Assembly (NCBI GenBank): GCA_046074805.1
Contig: JBJTOW010000358.1
Span: forward strand, 1-33,472
From: Planctomycetota bacterium
GTDB taxonomy: Bacteria; Planctomycetota; Planctomycetia; Pirellulales; Pirellulaceae
DNA length: 33,472 nt
Direction: 5' to 3'
Shown here: positions 6,080-14,238 of the stretch, in pieces
Numbering within the stretch: position 1 is the stretch's first letter
How the letters are laid out: every line of letters starts with the position of its first letter
Program-made: the position numbers and the translations under genes
Notes under the pieces: model-generated
Databases searched by the model: none
What the model saw: the letters and a program-made list of their open reading frames with translations, nothing else
Told to the model about the DNA's origin: nothing

Positions 6080-8869
6080 TTAATGCTGCAAAACGAATTC
6101 CCGCGTGTTCAACAATCCCCACAATACACCGTGCCAACCATCGGCTGGTGTGGTGGCCGCTGCAACGAACTCCAAGCACCCAGTCCGCTCTTCCGCCGAC
6201 GGAAACCGGCTCAACACAGCCAAAAACAGCTCGTCGAGCCGTTCGCTGTTGTCCAAGTCGACAGCCAGCAATCGAGCCACTCGTCCGTCCGCCGCCTTTA
6301 TCTTTTCCCAAATACGCGGATGGTTGGCCAACGCCAGCAACTGAAAAATGGAACTTTCCCCGTCCCGCTCACAATCGCACTGCACGGCCGCGTTCCGCGC
6401 GGGACGTCCAAACATTTCCAACGCTTGCGAAACAAACATGTTGCGGGGGGCGAAGGGAACTTGAACGGTCGTCGACCTTGGCGGCCAGTGGTGGTATTTC
6501 ATGTCCATGTCTTCATCGACGCCAGTGGCCGCGTTCAGCGCATCCAGCAAGACTTCCGCCGGTAATCGCCGCAAGGGAAAGGCGGCGTAATAGGAAGCGT
6601 CCGCGACCGTCGCCGAGGCTTGTCGATACGCCTGGCTGCCCGCGATCCGGCGATGCAGCACGCGCAAGTCATAGCCACTGGCGACGAATCGCTCGCACAG
6701 ATCACGCAGCAGAACTTCATGCGAGGCCGCGTTGAAGGCGGACAGATTGTCCGGTGGATCGATGAGCCCACGGCCGAAGTAGTGGGCCCAGACTCGATTG
6801 ACGATCGCGCGAACGAAAAATGGGTTGTCGCGACGCCGCATCCAGTTCACAACCGCCGCCCGCGGGTCTTCCATCGCCGCAACTTCTGTTGGCTGGGATT
6901 CGCCAAGCAAGCGGAAAACGGACGACTCGCGAGTTCCCAATGTGCTCGAAACTTTCGCTGGTTTTCCACTGGGTAACAGTCGGCATTCGGCCTGAAGCAG
7001 ACGCCGGGCCGCCTCGGGCAGGTACTTCGCCCGCCGTTCGATCTCCGCCGTTTCCACGCGATAAGCTTCCGCCCGATCCCAAATCTCCTGGGCGGCTTTA
7101 AGCTTGTTACGGGCGGCGTTTAATTCGGCCGAGTCTTTTGGAATGGTGTCGGCCGTGGTTTCTGGCTGACTGGTTTCTGGCTGGCTGGTTCCTGGGCCAT
7201 TTTCCGGCTTGCCCCGCGCGGCTTTGGCGGCCGCCTCGAGCCGAACAATGTCCCGTTTGGCCTGGTCGATTGCCGCTCTCGCCTTCTTACCATCGTCCTC
7301 CAAACGCTTCCCGTCGCCTTCCCGGCGCTGCTTGACTTGGCTTTCGAGCCGTTTCGCTTCCTCATTCCAACGTTTGAAGTGCGAGGCTGCGTCCTCGAAC
7401 CGTTTTTCGTTCTCTCCCTGGAAGCCAACCGTTCGCACCCGCATGAAAAAATTGGCGAAGTCGAGTAGATCGTCTTGCTGCCACAGATCATGCGGATGCC
7501 GATGGCACTGTGCGCATTCCAGACGCAAGCCGAGAAACGCATGGGCAACCTGCATCGCGCCCGACACGCCGTCCGATCCACGACGCTGCCAGTACAAATC
7601 AAGCGTTCGGCGATTGGCGTACAGATCCAAGTCGGGACGCCCCGGCGCGTATCCCCGGAACATCGCCTCCACCTCGTCAGCGTAAGCGTCCATGGATCGC
7701 CCCTCGCGGCTCGTCGCCAACAAAATGCGTTCCACAAGTTGGTCATAAGGCGTGTTTTCCCGCAGCCTTGCCCTCAGCCAAGCTTGCATTCGCGGGGCGT
7801 CGTGCTCCTTGGACAACGCGTCGGCATAGACGCCAAAATCGGCCGCTTTGAGCAAATCGCAGAATTTCATCGCCCACAGATCGGCATGAGCGGGACTCGC
7901 CAACTGGCGGTCTATCCAACGCTGATGGCGATCAGGCAGAGTATCGGCGAGGAAGTCTCGGGCCTCCTCCGGCGTCGGCAAAGCGCCCGTCAAGTCAAGC
8001 GTGGCTCGCCGCAGGAAAGTCGCGTCATCGCATTCAGGGGATGGCCGCAGATTCAAACCACGGAGTTTTTCCACCAGATGCACATCGAGCACGTCGCGGG
8101 GCTTCGTCTCGGGAAAAGGCGAAGCGTCGTCGTACGGCACTAGCACCGTGGCGATGGCTGGTTGGGCTCGATAGCGGACCATCAACCGACCTTCGCCCGG
8201 CGCGAGCACTTCGACTGACCCGCTCGAGTGGACGGAAGCCACGGACGGAGTCAACGATTGGAAGGAACAGTAGCCGGTTACATCCTCGCGGGAGCCATCC
8301 TGAAATTCCGCTTCCACCCGCAATTCATAGCGTTCCGATACCCGGCCAGTCCTCTGGGCTGGGGAAACCCGCAATTGGATGACACGTGATGCGTCGCGGT
8401 CGTCCCGTGGCATTCCGGCCGCAATCCACTTACGCAGCGACTCGTAGTCAGCGTCACCACGAACGAGTCGTCGTCCTCCGCCATGCCCCGCCAAGCCTAA
8501 CGCCTTTCGCAGGAGCAAACTGTCTGGCGCCGCGAAGGGGTCGACACGTCGTCCAAAATCGCCACGCACCAGTTGGTGCCAATCGGCGTCAGGGTCGGCG
8601 CTGAACATCGTCAGCCGAAAGCCCGCCTTACCCTGGACGGCGCCATGGCAGGTTCCGCCATTGCAACCAAGTTTCCCGAACAAAGCGACAACGTGCCGTT
8701 GGAACGAGACGGAGGGAATGGATGGGTTTGGCTGAGCCCTCGCGACATCGCCAAGGAAAACCACAAAACTCGCAACAAGCGTCGCCAACGCCGTCGCCCG
8801 AAGCCAGGAGAAAGACCACGTTAGCGGCCCACGAATCGACAAGCTTTCCAGACAACGGCGGAGATTCAT
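6080..8869 (-). CDS. DUF1549/DUF1553 (PSCyt2/PSD1) protein with an N-terminal CX4CH motif and a central coiled-coil insert
   Basis: 929 aa. N-terminal signal-like segment. GKLGCNGGTCHGAVQGKAGFRL (CX4CH). DUF1549-type LRRATLDLTGALPTPEE. Central CAQCHRHPHDLWQQDDLLDFANFF. C-terminal DUF1553-type region ending NTREFVLQH. Confidence 0.9.
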   Translation of the reverse strand: MNLRRCLESLSIRGPLTWSFSWLRATALATLVASFVVFLGDVARAQPNPSIPSVSFQRHVVALFGKLGCNGGTCHGAVQGKAGFRLTMFSADPDADWHQLVRGDFGRRVDPFAAPDSLLLRKALGLAGHGGGRRLVRGDADYESLRKWIAAGMPRDDRDASRVIQLRVSPAQRTGRVSERYELRVEAEFQDGSREDVTGYCSFQSLTPSVASVHSSGSVEVLAPGEGRLMVRYRAQPAIATVLVPYDDASPFPETKPRDVLDVHLVEKLRGLNLRPSPECDDATFLRRATLDLTGALPTPEEARDFLADTLPDRHQRWIDRQLASPAHADLWAMKFCDLLKAADFGVYADALSKEHDAPRMQAWLRARLRENTPYDQLVERILLATSREGRSMDAYADEVEAMFRGYAPGRPDLDLYANRRTLDLYWQRRGSDGVSGAMQVAHAFLGLRLECAQCHRHPHDLWQQDDLLDFANFFMRVRTVGFQGENEKRFEDAASHFKRWNEEAKRLESQVKQRREGDGKRLEDDGKKARAAIDQAKRDIVRLEAAAKAARGKPENGPGTSQPETSQPETTADTIPKDSAELNAARNKLKAAQEIWDRAEAYRVETAEIERRAKYLPEAARRLLQAECRLLPSGKPAKVSSTLGTRESSVFRLLGESQPTEVAAMEDPRAAVVNWMRRRDNPFFVRAIVNRVWAHYFGRGLIDPPDNLSAFNAASHEVLLRDLCERFVASGYDLRVLHRRIAGSQAYRQASATVADASYYAAFPLRRLPAEVLLDALNAATGVDEDMDMKYHHWPPRSTTVQVPFAPRNMFVSQALEMFGRPARNAAVQCDCERDGESSIFQLLALANHPRIWEKIKAADGRVARLLAVDLDNSERLDELFLAVLSRFPSAEERTGCLEFVAAATTPADGWHGVLWGLLNTREFVLQH
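7156..7198 (-). repeat. In-frame 15-bp tandem repeat (about 2.9 units) encoding SQPET repeats inside the DUF1553 protein
   Basis: Plus strand: TGGTTTCTGGCTGAC (7156-7170), TGGTTTCTGGCTGGC (7171-7185), then a partial unit to 7198. The protein reads GTSQPETSQPETTA. Confidence 0.85.
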
Positions 8870-8878
8870 AGGCGCATT

Positions 8879-9403
8879 TCAAGAATCGAGCGTCGGGCTC
8901 CAGCGTGGCAGTCGCGACTGAGCGAGAACCGTCTCGAGAGGATCGGCAGATTCATTGCCTGAACTAGCCTTAGGAGCGACGACGCCCGTGTTCGACGCCG
9001 TTTTACGCGCTCTCCGGACCAGCCAGTAGAAATAGGTGCTCAATCCGCCAAGCACCAGGAACGGCAAGGACAGCATCAAAATGATGCTCCAGAAGTAGCC
9101 CTGAACGATTCCCATGGCGGTCGGATCGTTTTGCGATAGCGAATCCTTGCAGTTCGGGCACGCCAACAGCGGGTCTACCAAACCGAACAAAAACACCCCG
9201 AACGCCAACATCAAGACAAAATCCCACCAACGAATCGCCGGCCTAGGAGCCAACACTCCATGCGCCCACACTCCATGCGCCCACACTCCAAACATCCGCG
9301 GTTCACTCGCCGGTTGATCTTGGGTAGTTCGGCTGTCAGCGACTCGACAACAAGCCTCCGCAGTGCGAATCGTCGATGGTACGCGAAGCGTCGTTCGATT
9401 CAT
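8879..9403 (-). CDS. Small membrane protein with a periplasm-facing CPNC motif (hypothetical)
   Basis: C-terminal part of ORF 8879..9781, whose upstream part overlaps the DUF420 gene in another frame. Candidate starts are the ATG at 9403 (MNRTTL) or at 9295 (MFGVWAHG). There are two TM helices (WWDFVLMLAFGVFLFGLV, YFWSIILMLSLPFLVLGGLSTYFYWL) flanking LLACPNCKDSL. Confidence 0.5.
   Translation of the reverse strand: MNRTTLRVPSTIRTAEACCRVADSRTTQDQPASEPRMFGVWAHGVWAHGVLAPRPAIRWWDFVLMLAFGVFLFGLVDPLLACPNCKDSLSQNDPTAMGIVQGYFWSIILMLSLPFLVLGGLSTYFYWLVRRARKTASNTGVVAPKASSGNESADPLETVLAQSRLPRWSPTLDS
9254..9290 (-). repeat. 15-bp tandem duplication (2.5 units) encoding GVWAH-GVWAH
   Basis: Plus strand: CACTCCATGCGCCCA at 9254-9268 and 9269-9283, then a partial unit to 9290. 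Confidence 0.85.
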
Positions 9404-9411
9404 GGGGAGAT

Positions 9412-9858
9412 CTACCTCGGGGGAAACAACTGGTACAGCATAATGTATACGACAACGCCCGTGACCGAAACGTACAACCAGATTGGAAAGGTCCAGCGCG
9501 CCAGGCGACGATGCGCCGACCGTAGCCCCTTCAATCCAAGGTAAATCGTCGCCACCGCCAAAATGGGCACTGCCATAGCCAGCAGAATATGCGAGATCAA
9601 GATGGCGAAGTAAAAATAGCGGACCAGCGCCGGGGGGTAGGCTGGAAACGGAGTGCTCGCACCATTCCGCACGCCGAAGTGATAGAGCAAGTAGCTGCCA
9701 AGAAACAGTGTGGAAACCGCGAACGCCGACATCATGACCTGGCGATGAGCCGTCTCGCGCCGCTGGCGAATCAACCACCATCCCACCAGAAGTAAAACGG
9801 TCGCCAGGGCGTTCAACGAAGCGTTAAGATGCGGAAGAATGTACTGCAATTTGTCCAT
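9412..9858 (-). CDS. DUF420 family membrane protein (CtaM-like oxidase accessory protein)
   Basis: ORF 9412..9897 trimmed to the ATG at 9858 (MDKLQYILPHLNASLNALATVLLLVGWWLI...). Four TM helices, and an HRRLARWTFPIWLYVSVTGVVVY tail typical of DUF420. It lies next to SCO and cox genes. Confidence 0.75.
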   Translation of the reverse strand: MDKLQYILPHLNASLNALATVLLLVGWWLIRQRRETAHRQVMMSAFAVSTLFLGSYLLYHFGVRNGASTPFPAYPPALVRYFYFAILISHILLAMAVPILAVATIYLGLKGLRSAHRRLARWTFPIWLYVSVTGVVVYIMLYQLFPPR

Positions 9859-9930
9859 CGCCCAATTCCTTACGCTTCCCCGCCACCCCACAGCCAACTA
9901 CTCCGCTACCTTGTGACCTCACCGCTCCAT

Positions 9931-10002
9931 CCCCTTATTCGCCCTCCCCAACACGAACCCCTGAAGCCCACTGCCCACTGCCCCACTGCCCACTGCCCCA
10001 CT
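9931..10002 (-). repeat. Dense G-tract array on the sense (minus) strand, ending in a regular GGG(G)CAGT repeat; candidate RNA/DNA G-quadruplex region
   Basis: The plus strand shows nine runs of three or more C between 9931 and 9999. The last five form CCC(C)ACTG units (9967-10002) that abut or overlap the SCO stop codon (10001-10003). Three further C-runs lie in 9861-9889. Confidence 0.85.
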
Positions 10003-10714
10003 ATTCTTCCGCCGCTGCTTGGGCCGCTTCTCGCGCCGCTGCCGCCGCGGCGCCCTTCTTTTTCTCCGCGTCGGCCGCCTTGCCAGCCGCTTCGGACGTG
10101 GTTTCCGCGAGCAGTTCATCCAACAACAATCGCATTTTGGCGAGTTCCTCGGTTTTCTTCCAATCGAACTTGCCGCGTTGCTGGCCCGCACGGTCGTAAA
10201 CGAGGAACGTTTCGATGTGCGTTTGTTCGTCGAGCGCCACTCGGTAGACTTCGGCCCCAATCCGTCGCAAATACTTCATTTCGCCCGTCAGAAACAACCA
10301 CTGCTTCGGATCGGCTTGGAACTTTTTCGCGTAGGCGGACAAAGCGGTCGGCGAATCGCGTTTGGGATCGCAGGTAATACTGAGGAATTTCACTCCTCGT
10401 TGAGCGTAGGTGCTCTGGATCGTTTCCAATTGGCGATTCTGCCGCTCGCATGGCCCCGGACATGAAGCGAAAAAGAAACTGACAACGTGGACTTCCCCCG
10501 CCAATTCCTTGGAATCGAAATCGCGGCCGCTACGCTCGGTGAGCTTGTAGTCGGAGATCCAGTCTGTTTGCGCCCAGGCGGGGTCGACTTTCGCGCCGAC
10601 GACCTGCGCTTCCGCTGGCCGCCGCGACGACTTCAGGTACGGAGCACTCACCAGGGCCAGCACACCGGCCGCGACCAATACTCCCGCTAAGCCAATCGCC
10701 GCCGTCCTTTTCAT
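10001..10714 (-). CDS. SCO1/SenC family copper chaperone / thiol-disulfide oxidoreductase with an Ala/Lys/Glu-rich C-terminal tail
   Basis: ORF 10001..10876 trimmed to the ATG at 10714 (MKRTAAIGLAGVLVAAGVLALV, a membrane anchor). Thioredoxin-fold with the CxxxC motif FFFASCPGPCERQN and the downstream conserved His in EQTHIETFLVYD. Its start overlaps the permease stop as ATGA (10711-10714). Confidence 0.85.
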   Translation of the reverse strand: MKRTAAIGLAGVLVAAGVLALVSAPYLKSSRRPAEAQVVGAKVDPAWAQTDWISDYKLTERSGRDFDSKELAGEVHVVSFFFASCPGPCERQNRQLETIQSTYAQRGVKFLSITCDPKRDSPTALSAYAKKFQADPKQWLFLTGEMKYLRRIGAEVYRVALDEQTHIETFLVYDRAGQQRGKFDWKKTEELAKMRLLLDELLAETTSEAAGKAADAEKKKGAAAAAAREAAQAAAEE

Positions 10715-11529
10715 TGCCAATCTCCGGCCGTCCGTGTTTTCCCGACGCCAATCGCGAGCAACGTCAACGCCGCCGCGAACACAACCGCTACTAGCCAGCA
10801 CCAAGGCTGGGCGGGCTGAAAGTATCCTAGCGGCAAGTCGACGCCCGACCATGCCCGCCGCGTGCCAGCCACGCAATAAGTGAGTGGATTAATCCGCATG
10901 ATGGCGTGTAAGGCGATCTGCGACCAGGAAGCCTGCTCGTTCCAGGCCGGCATTGGGAAGAATGCCCCGGATAGCAACCACATCGGCATCAAAAGCAAGT
11001 TCATGACCGCATGGAAACCTTGCGTCGAATCAAGCCTCCAGGCGAGGACGAATCCCAGCCCTGTCATGCCCACCGCCGTCAACGCCAACAGACCAAGCAT
11101 TTGCGTCCAATCGAGCCAATTCGACGGCGCGTCGATCAACGCGCCCAGAGCGAGCATGAACGACGCCTGCAACATCGCAATGGCGGATGCGCCCAGGAGC
11201 TTCCCCAGAACCATCGACCAGCGGCCAGCTGGACCCACCAACACCGACTGAAGAAATCCCTCGCGCCTGTCCTCGATGATCGAGATGGTCGAGAAGATCG
11301 CCGTGAAGAGCAAGGTGAGCATCACCGTGCCTGGGAAGTAGTACTCGAGAAACGTTTGGTCCGAATCCGGCGTCATTCGAAACGACTGCCGCAATCCCGC
11401 GCCGAACAACAACCAGAACAAGAGTGGCTGGCCAATGGCCCCGATTACGCGATGCCGCTGGCGAAAAAAACGCACTAACTCGCGCCACGCCAGCATTCGA
11501 ACCACCAGCCAGGGACGAACCGGCGTCAT
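10711..11529 (-). CDS. ABC-2 type transporter permease
   Basis: 272 aa with about 6 TM helices and ABC-2-like organisation. ATGA overlaps with both neighbours (11526-11529 and 10711-10714). Confidence 0.8.
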   Translation of the reverse strand: MTPVRPWLVVRMLAWRELVRFFRQRHRVIGAIGQPLLFWLLFGAGLRQSFRMTPDSDQTFLEYYFPGTVMLTLLFTAIFSTISIIEDRREGFLQSVLVGPAGRWSMVLGKLLGASAIAMLQASFMLALGALIDAPSNWLDWTQMLGLLALTAVGMTGLGFVLAWRLDSTQGFHAVMNLLLMPMWLLSGAFFPMPAWNEQASWSQIALHAIMRINPLTYCVAGTRRAWSGVDLPLGYFQPAQPWCWLVAVVFAAALTLLAIGVGKTRTAGDWQ

Positions 11530-12470
11530 GAGCCGACTCCTTCCCGCGCTAAACGGTGGCCCGTTAGGGCCAGAAAGACATCTTCCAGTGTCGGCTTACC
11601 GACCGTGATGGATCGGACATCCGTTGGAAATCGCTCGAGAATCCTGCCAACCCACACGCTGCCCGCAGCGGCCTCGAATCGAACACCACCTTCGACGGCA
11701 CGGACGATCAATTGAAATTCTTCCCGCAATCGCTCGGCCATACTTTTCGAATCGCGACACTTCAGTTCCACCGTGTCGCCTCCTAAAGTGGCTCGCAAGG
11801 CATCGGGTGAATCGAGTGCCACCAACCGGCCCTCGTGCAACAACGCCAAGCGGTCGGCACGCTCGGCCTCCTCGAGCAAATGCGTGGTGAAAACGATCGT
11901 CACTCCAGCAGTTGCTTGCAGCCGACGTAAGCCTTCCCAGAGGTCGACGCGTGCTCCCGGATCGAGTCCGGTGCTCGGTTCGTCCAGCAAAAGCAAAGAT
12001 GGCCTGTGGAGTACCGCCTTCGCTAACTCAACTCGCCGACGTAAACCGCCGGAAAGAGTTTCCACACGGTCGCCAGCACGTTCAGCCAACCCGGCATCCG
12101 CCAAGGCCCGCTCACGCGCCTCACGCAGCGCTGGCCCCGACATTCCGTACAACGCACCCGCGCACTCGATGTTCTCAGCGACCGAAAGTTTTCTATCTAA
12201 ACTGGGTGACTGGAAGACAACACCCAGCCGGCGACGTATCTCGGGAACCTGCCGCGACAAATCGAATCCCAGTAAAGACACCGAGCCGGATTGGAGCGGG
12301 ACGAGGGTCGAAAGCAAGCGAAACAAAGTCGACTTGCCGCCGCCATTAGGTCCTAAAAATCCAAAAATCTCGCCCGCTCGGACAGAGAAATCAAGCGAGT
12401 CCAGAGCAAGCCGCTCGCCATAGCGGAATGAGACGCCGCGCTGCTCAAAAGCCGACGCAGCATCGCTCAT
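11526..12470 (-). CDS. ABC transporter ATP-binding protein (DrrA/NatA/NosF-like, with a C-terminal accessory domain)
   Basis: Walker A GPNGGGKST, signature LSGGLRRR, Walker B LLLLDEPSTGLD, H-loop TTHLLEEA. About 90 extra C-terminal residues. ATGA overlap with the upstream ctaF-like gene (12467-12470). Confidence 0.9.
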   Translation of the reverse strand: MSDAASAFEQRGVSFRYGERLALDSLDFSVRAGEIFGFLGPNGGGKSTLFRLLSTLVPLQSGSVSLLGFDLSRQVPEIRRRLGVVFQSPSLDRKLSVAENIECAGALYGMSGPALREARERALADAGLAERAGDRVETLSGGLRRRVELAKAVLHRPSLLLLDEPSTGLDPGARVDLWEGLRRLQATAGVTIVFTTHLLEEAERADRLALLHEGRLVALDSPDALRATLGGDTVELKCRDSKSMAERLREEFQLIVRAVEGGVRFEAAAGSVWVGRILERFPTDVRSITVGKPTLEDVFLALTGHRLAREGVGS

Positions 12471-12988
12471 GTGGAATCGGCCTTCGCGGCCGCATCGCCC
12501 ACGCCCGCGGGAGTCGCGCCTTTCGAGGCTTCTTCCGAGGTCGCTTCACCGTTGCCTGCGGACGCCCCGCCCGTTGAATCGCCAGAAGCTTCCGCTGTGG
12601 GCTCCACCTCGGCATCTTCGTAATCCGAAGCGTACAGCGACCGTTCCTCCGCGTAGTATCGAGTTCGCTGACCGACATCAGGGACCAACGCGACAACTAA
12701 AAACACCGACATCAGCGACGCGGGGATCGTCAATACGTACTTCCAATTCGCTTCCCAAATCAAGTGCATGAAGAAGCAGATGACAAGCATCGCCTTCGTG
12801 CACGAGACAGCCATCATGAACACCCAGCCGACCACCGGCGTCTCCTGGAAGGGCCAGAATCGCGAATACGTGAAGAACGACATGGTGGTGAGCCCGCATA
12901 ACGCGAGAAACACCATCATGTATTTACCTACTCCACCATGCGAATGCTCACCGTGCGAATGCTCACTGTGACCGCTGGAACCTGTCAT
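12467..12988 (-). CDS. ctaF: Cytochrome c oxidase subunit IV (prokaryotic COX4/CyoD-like) with a hydrophilic C-terminal extension
   Basis: His-rich N-terminus (HSEHSHGEHSHGGVGKY) followed by three TM helices (MMVFLALCGLTTMSFF, VGWVFMMAVSCTKAMLVICFFMHL, YVLTIPASLMSVFLVVALV), as in the CyoD/CtaF family. Located directly after the subunit III gene. Confidence 0.7.
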   Translation of the reverse strand: MTGSSGHSEHSHGEHSHGGVGKYMMVFLALCGLTTMSFFTYSRFWPFQETPVVGWVFMMAVSCTKAMLVICFFMHLIWEANWKYVLTIPASLMSVFLVVALVPDVGQRTRYYAEERSLYASDYEDAEVEPTAEASGDSTGGASAGNGEATSEEASKGATPAGVGDAAAKADST

Positions 12989-13001
12989 GATCGATTTTCC
13001 T

Positions 13002-14228
13002 TTAGAACAAGTACAACAGCGGGAACAGGAAGATCCAGACTAGATCGACGAAGTGCCAATACAGTCCACCGTTTTCCAGTAGGTGGGCATTGGACGCGTC
13101 CAGCCGATAACGCAGCATCAACACAAACATCAGCAATCCGACAGCCACGTGAATCGCATGGAAACCAGTGAGCAAAAAGTATGTGCTCGCCCACATGTTT
13201 CCGCTTGGAATGTGAATGGGCAACCGTAGGCTGTGGTAGGCGTCATTGATGCCATGTTCCAGCTTATCCAGCGCCGGCACCAAGCTCAGCCACCCGTCGA
13301 CACGCCGCAAACGTTCCGTGGCGACCAACGCCTTCTCGTCCGTTGCCGCCCGAGCTTTCACCGTGGCCGCCAATTCGTCGCCAACCTCGGCGGCGTCCCG
13401 TTTCTCCAAGTCCGCCTTCTTGGCGTCCAGCGATTTCTGCTCGGCGCCGATAGCCGCCAGTTCGACTGCGATCGTCGACTTATCCCGCTCCATACGCTTG
13501 GTTTCGGCCGCTAGGAACTTCTCCGGTTTGTGGCCTTCCCGCGGATAGATAAACCAAGCAAGGCTGTTGAGCGCCGCTTGGCGACGCGCCGGATCCTCGC
13601 TTCGGGCCGCTGTCTGCTCGGCCCAGAAAACCAAGTAATCACGTAATTCCTCGCACCGCTTCTGCTCGTCGCTCGGAACGACAGCCTGCCCTTCTCCCGC
13701 CGCAGCACTCGCCTTTTTCCCGAGATCGGTCGCAAGGTCGTTCAATCTTTGCCTGACCGCCGAGGCGTAATTCAAATCAGCCTTGTCGTATATAAGGCTA
13801 CGTGGAGCCGCCGGATAAATTCCGTGTGAGAACTTGCTGTTGTACTCATACATTTTGACGCCGAGGAACACCGACCCGAGCACGAAGGTCGCGAATAGCC
13901 ATAGCCTTGCCATCGAACTCTGATTGAGCTTCGCCGCTTCGAGTCCTAAGACAATGGTGACGCTGGAGCAAATCAGAACAAATGTGTTGAAGGCCCCGAT
14001 CGGCTCGACGAGATGCACGTCATGCGGATGCGGCCAAGTTCCCGCCGGAACACCGAAACGCAGAACAACGTATGCCCCTATCAGCCCAGCGAAAAACATG
14101 ATTTCCGTGGACAAAAACAACCAGAGGCAAAGCTTGCCGTTGGCAAGCGGCAATCCTGGCTGATACGCCAGCTTGATATGGCCATGGCCGTGGTCGTCAC
14201 CGTGGCCGCCGTGGGAATCGTGCGTCAT
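13002..14228 (-). CDS. ctaE: Cytochrome c oxidase subunit III carrying a hydrophilic insertion of roughly 190 aa
   Basis: ORF 13002..14246 trimmed to the ATG at 14228 so it does not overlap ctaB. Subunit III hallmarks: [64 protein letters not shown] charged, helix-prone block lies between YEY and the STYF helix. Confidence 0.85.
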   Translation of the reverse strand: MTHDSHGGHGDDHGHGHIKLAYQPGLPLANGKLCLWLFLSTEIMFFAGLIGAYVVLRFGVPAGTWPHPHDVHLVEPIGAFNTFVLICSSVTIVLGLEAAKLNQSSMARLWLFATFVLGSVFLGVKMYEYNSKFSHGIYPAAPRSLIYDKADLNYASAVRQRLNDLATDLGKKASAAAGEGQAVVPSDEQKRCEELRDYLVFWAEQTAARSEDPARRQAALNSLAWFIYPREGHKPEKFLAAETKRMERDKSTIAVELAAIGAEQKSLDAKKADLEKRDAAEVGDELAATVKARAATDEKALVATERLRRVDGWLSLVPALDKLEHGINDAYHSLRLPIHIPSGNMWASTYFLLTGFHAIHVAVGLLMFVLMLRYRLDASNAHLLENGGLYWHFVDLVWIFLFPLLYLF

Positions 14229-14238
14229 AGGGAATCCG

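Noticed and set aside
9404-9781. The upstream part of ORF 8879..9781, which suggests a 300-aa protein.
   Set aside because: It overlaps the well-supported DUF420 gene (9412..9858) in another frame and has no motifs. Only the part downstream of 9403 is plausibly coding.
12920-14228. His-rich N-termini of CtaF (HSEHSHGEHSHG), CtaE ([15 protein letters not shown]) and CtaD (HGHDH) as a possible special metal-binding feature.
   Set aside because: His-rich N-terminal segments are common in CyoD/CtaF-type and subunit III proteins of many bacteria, so this is not clearly unusual.
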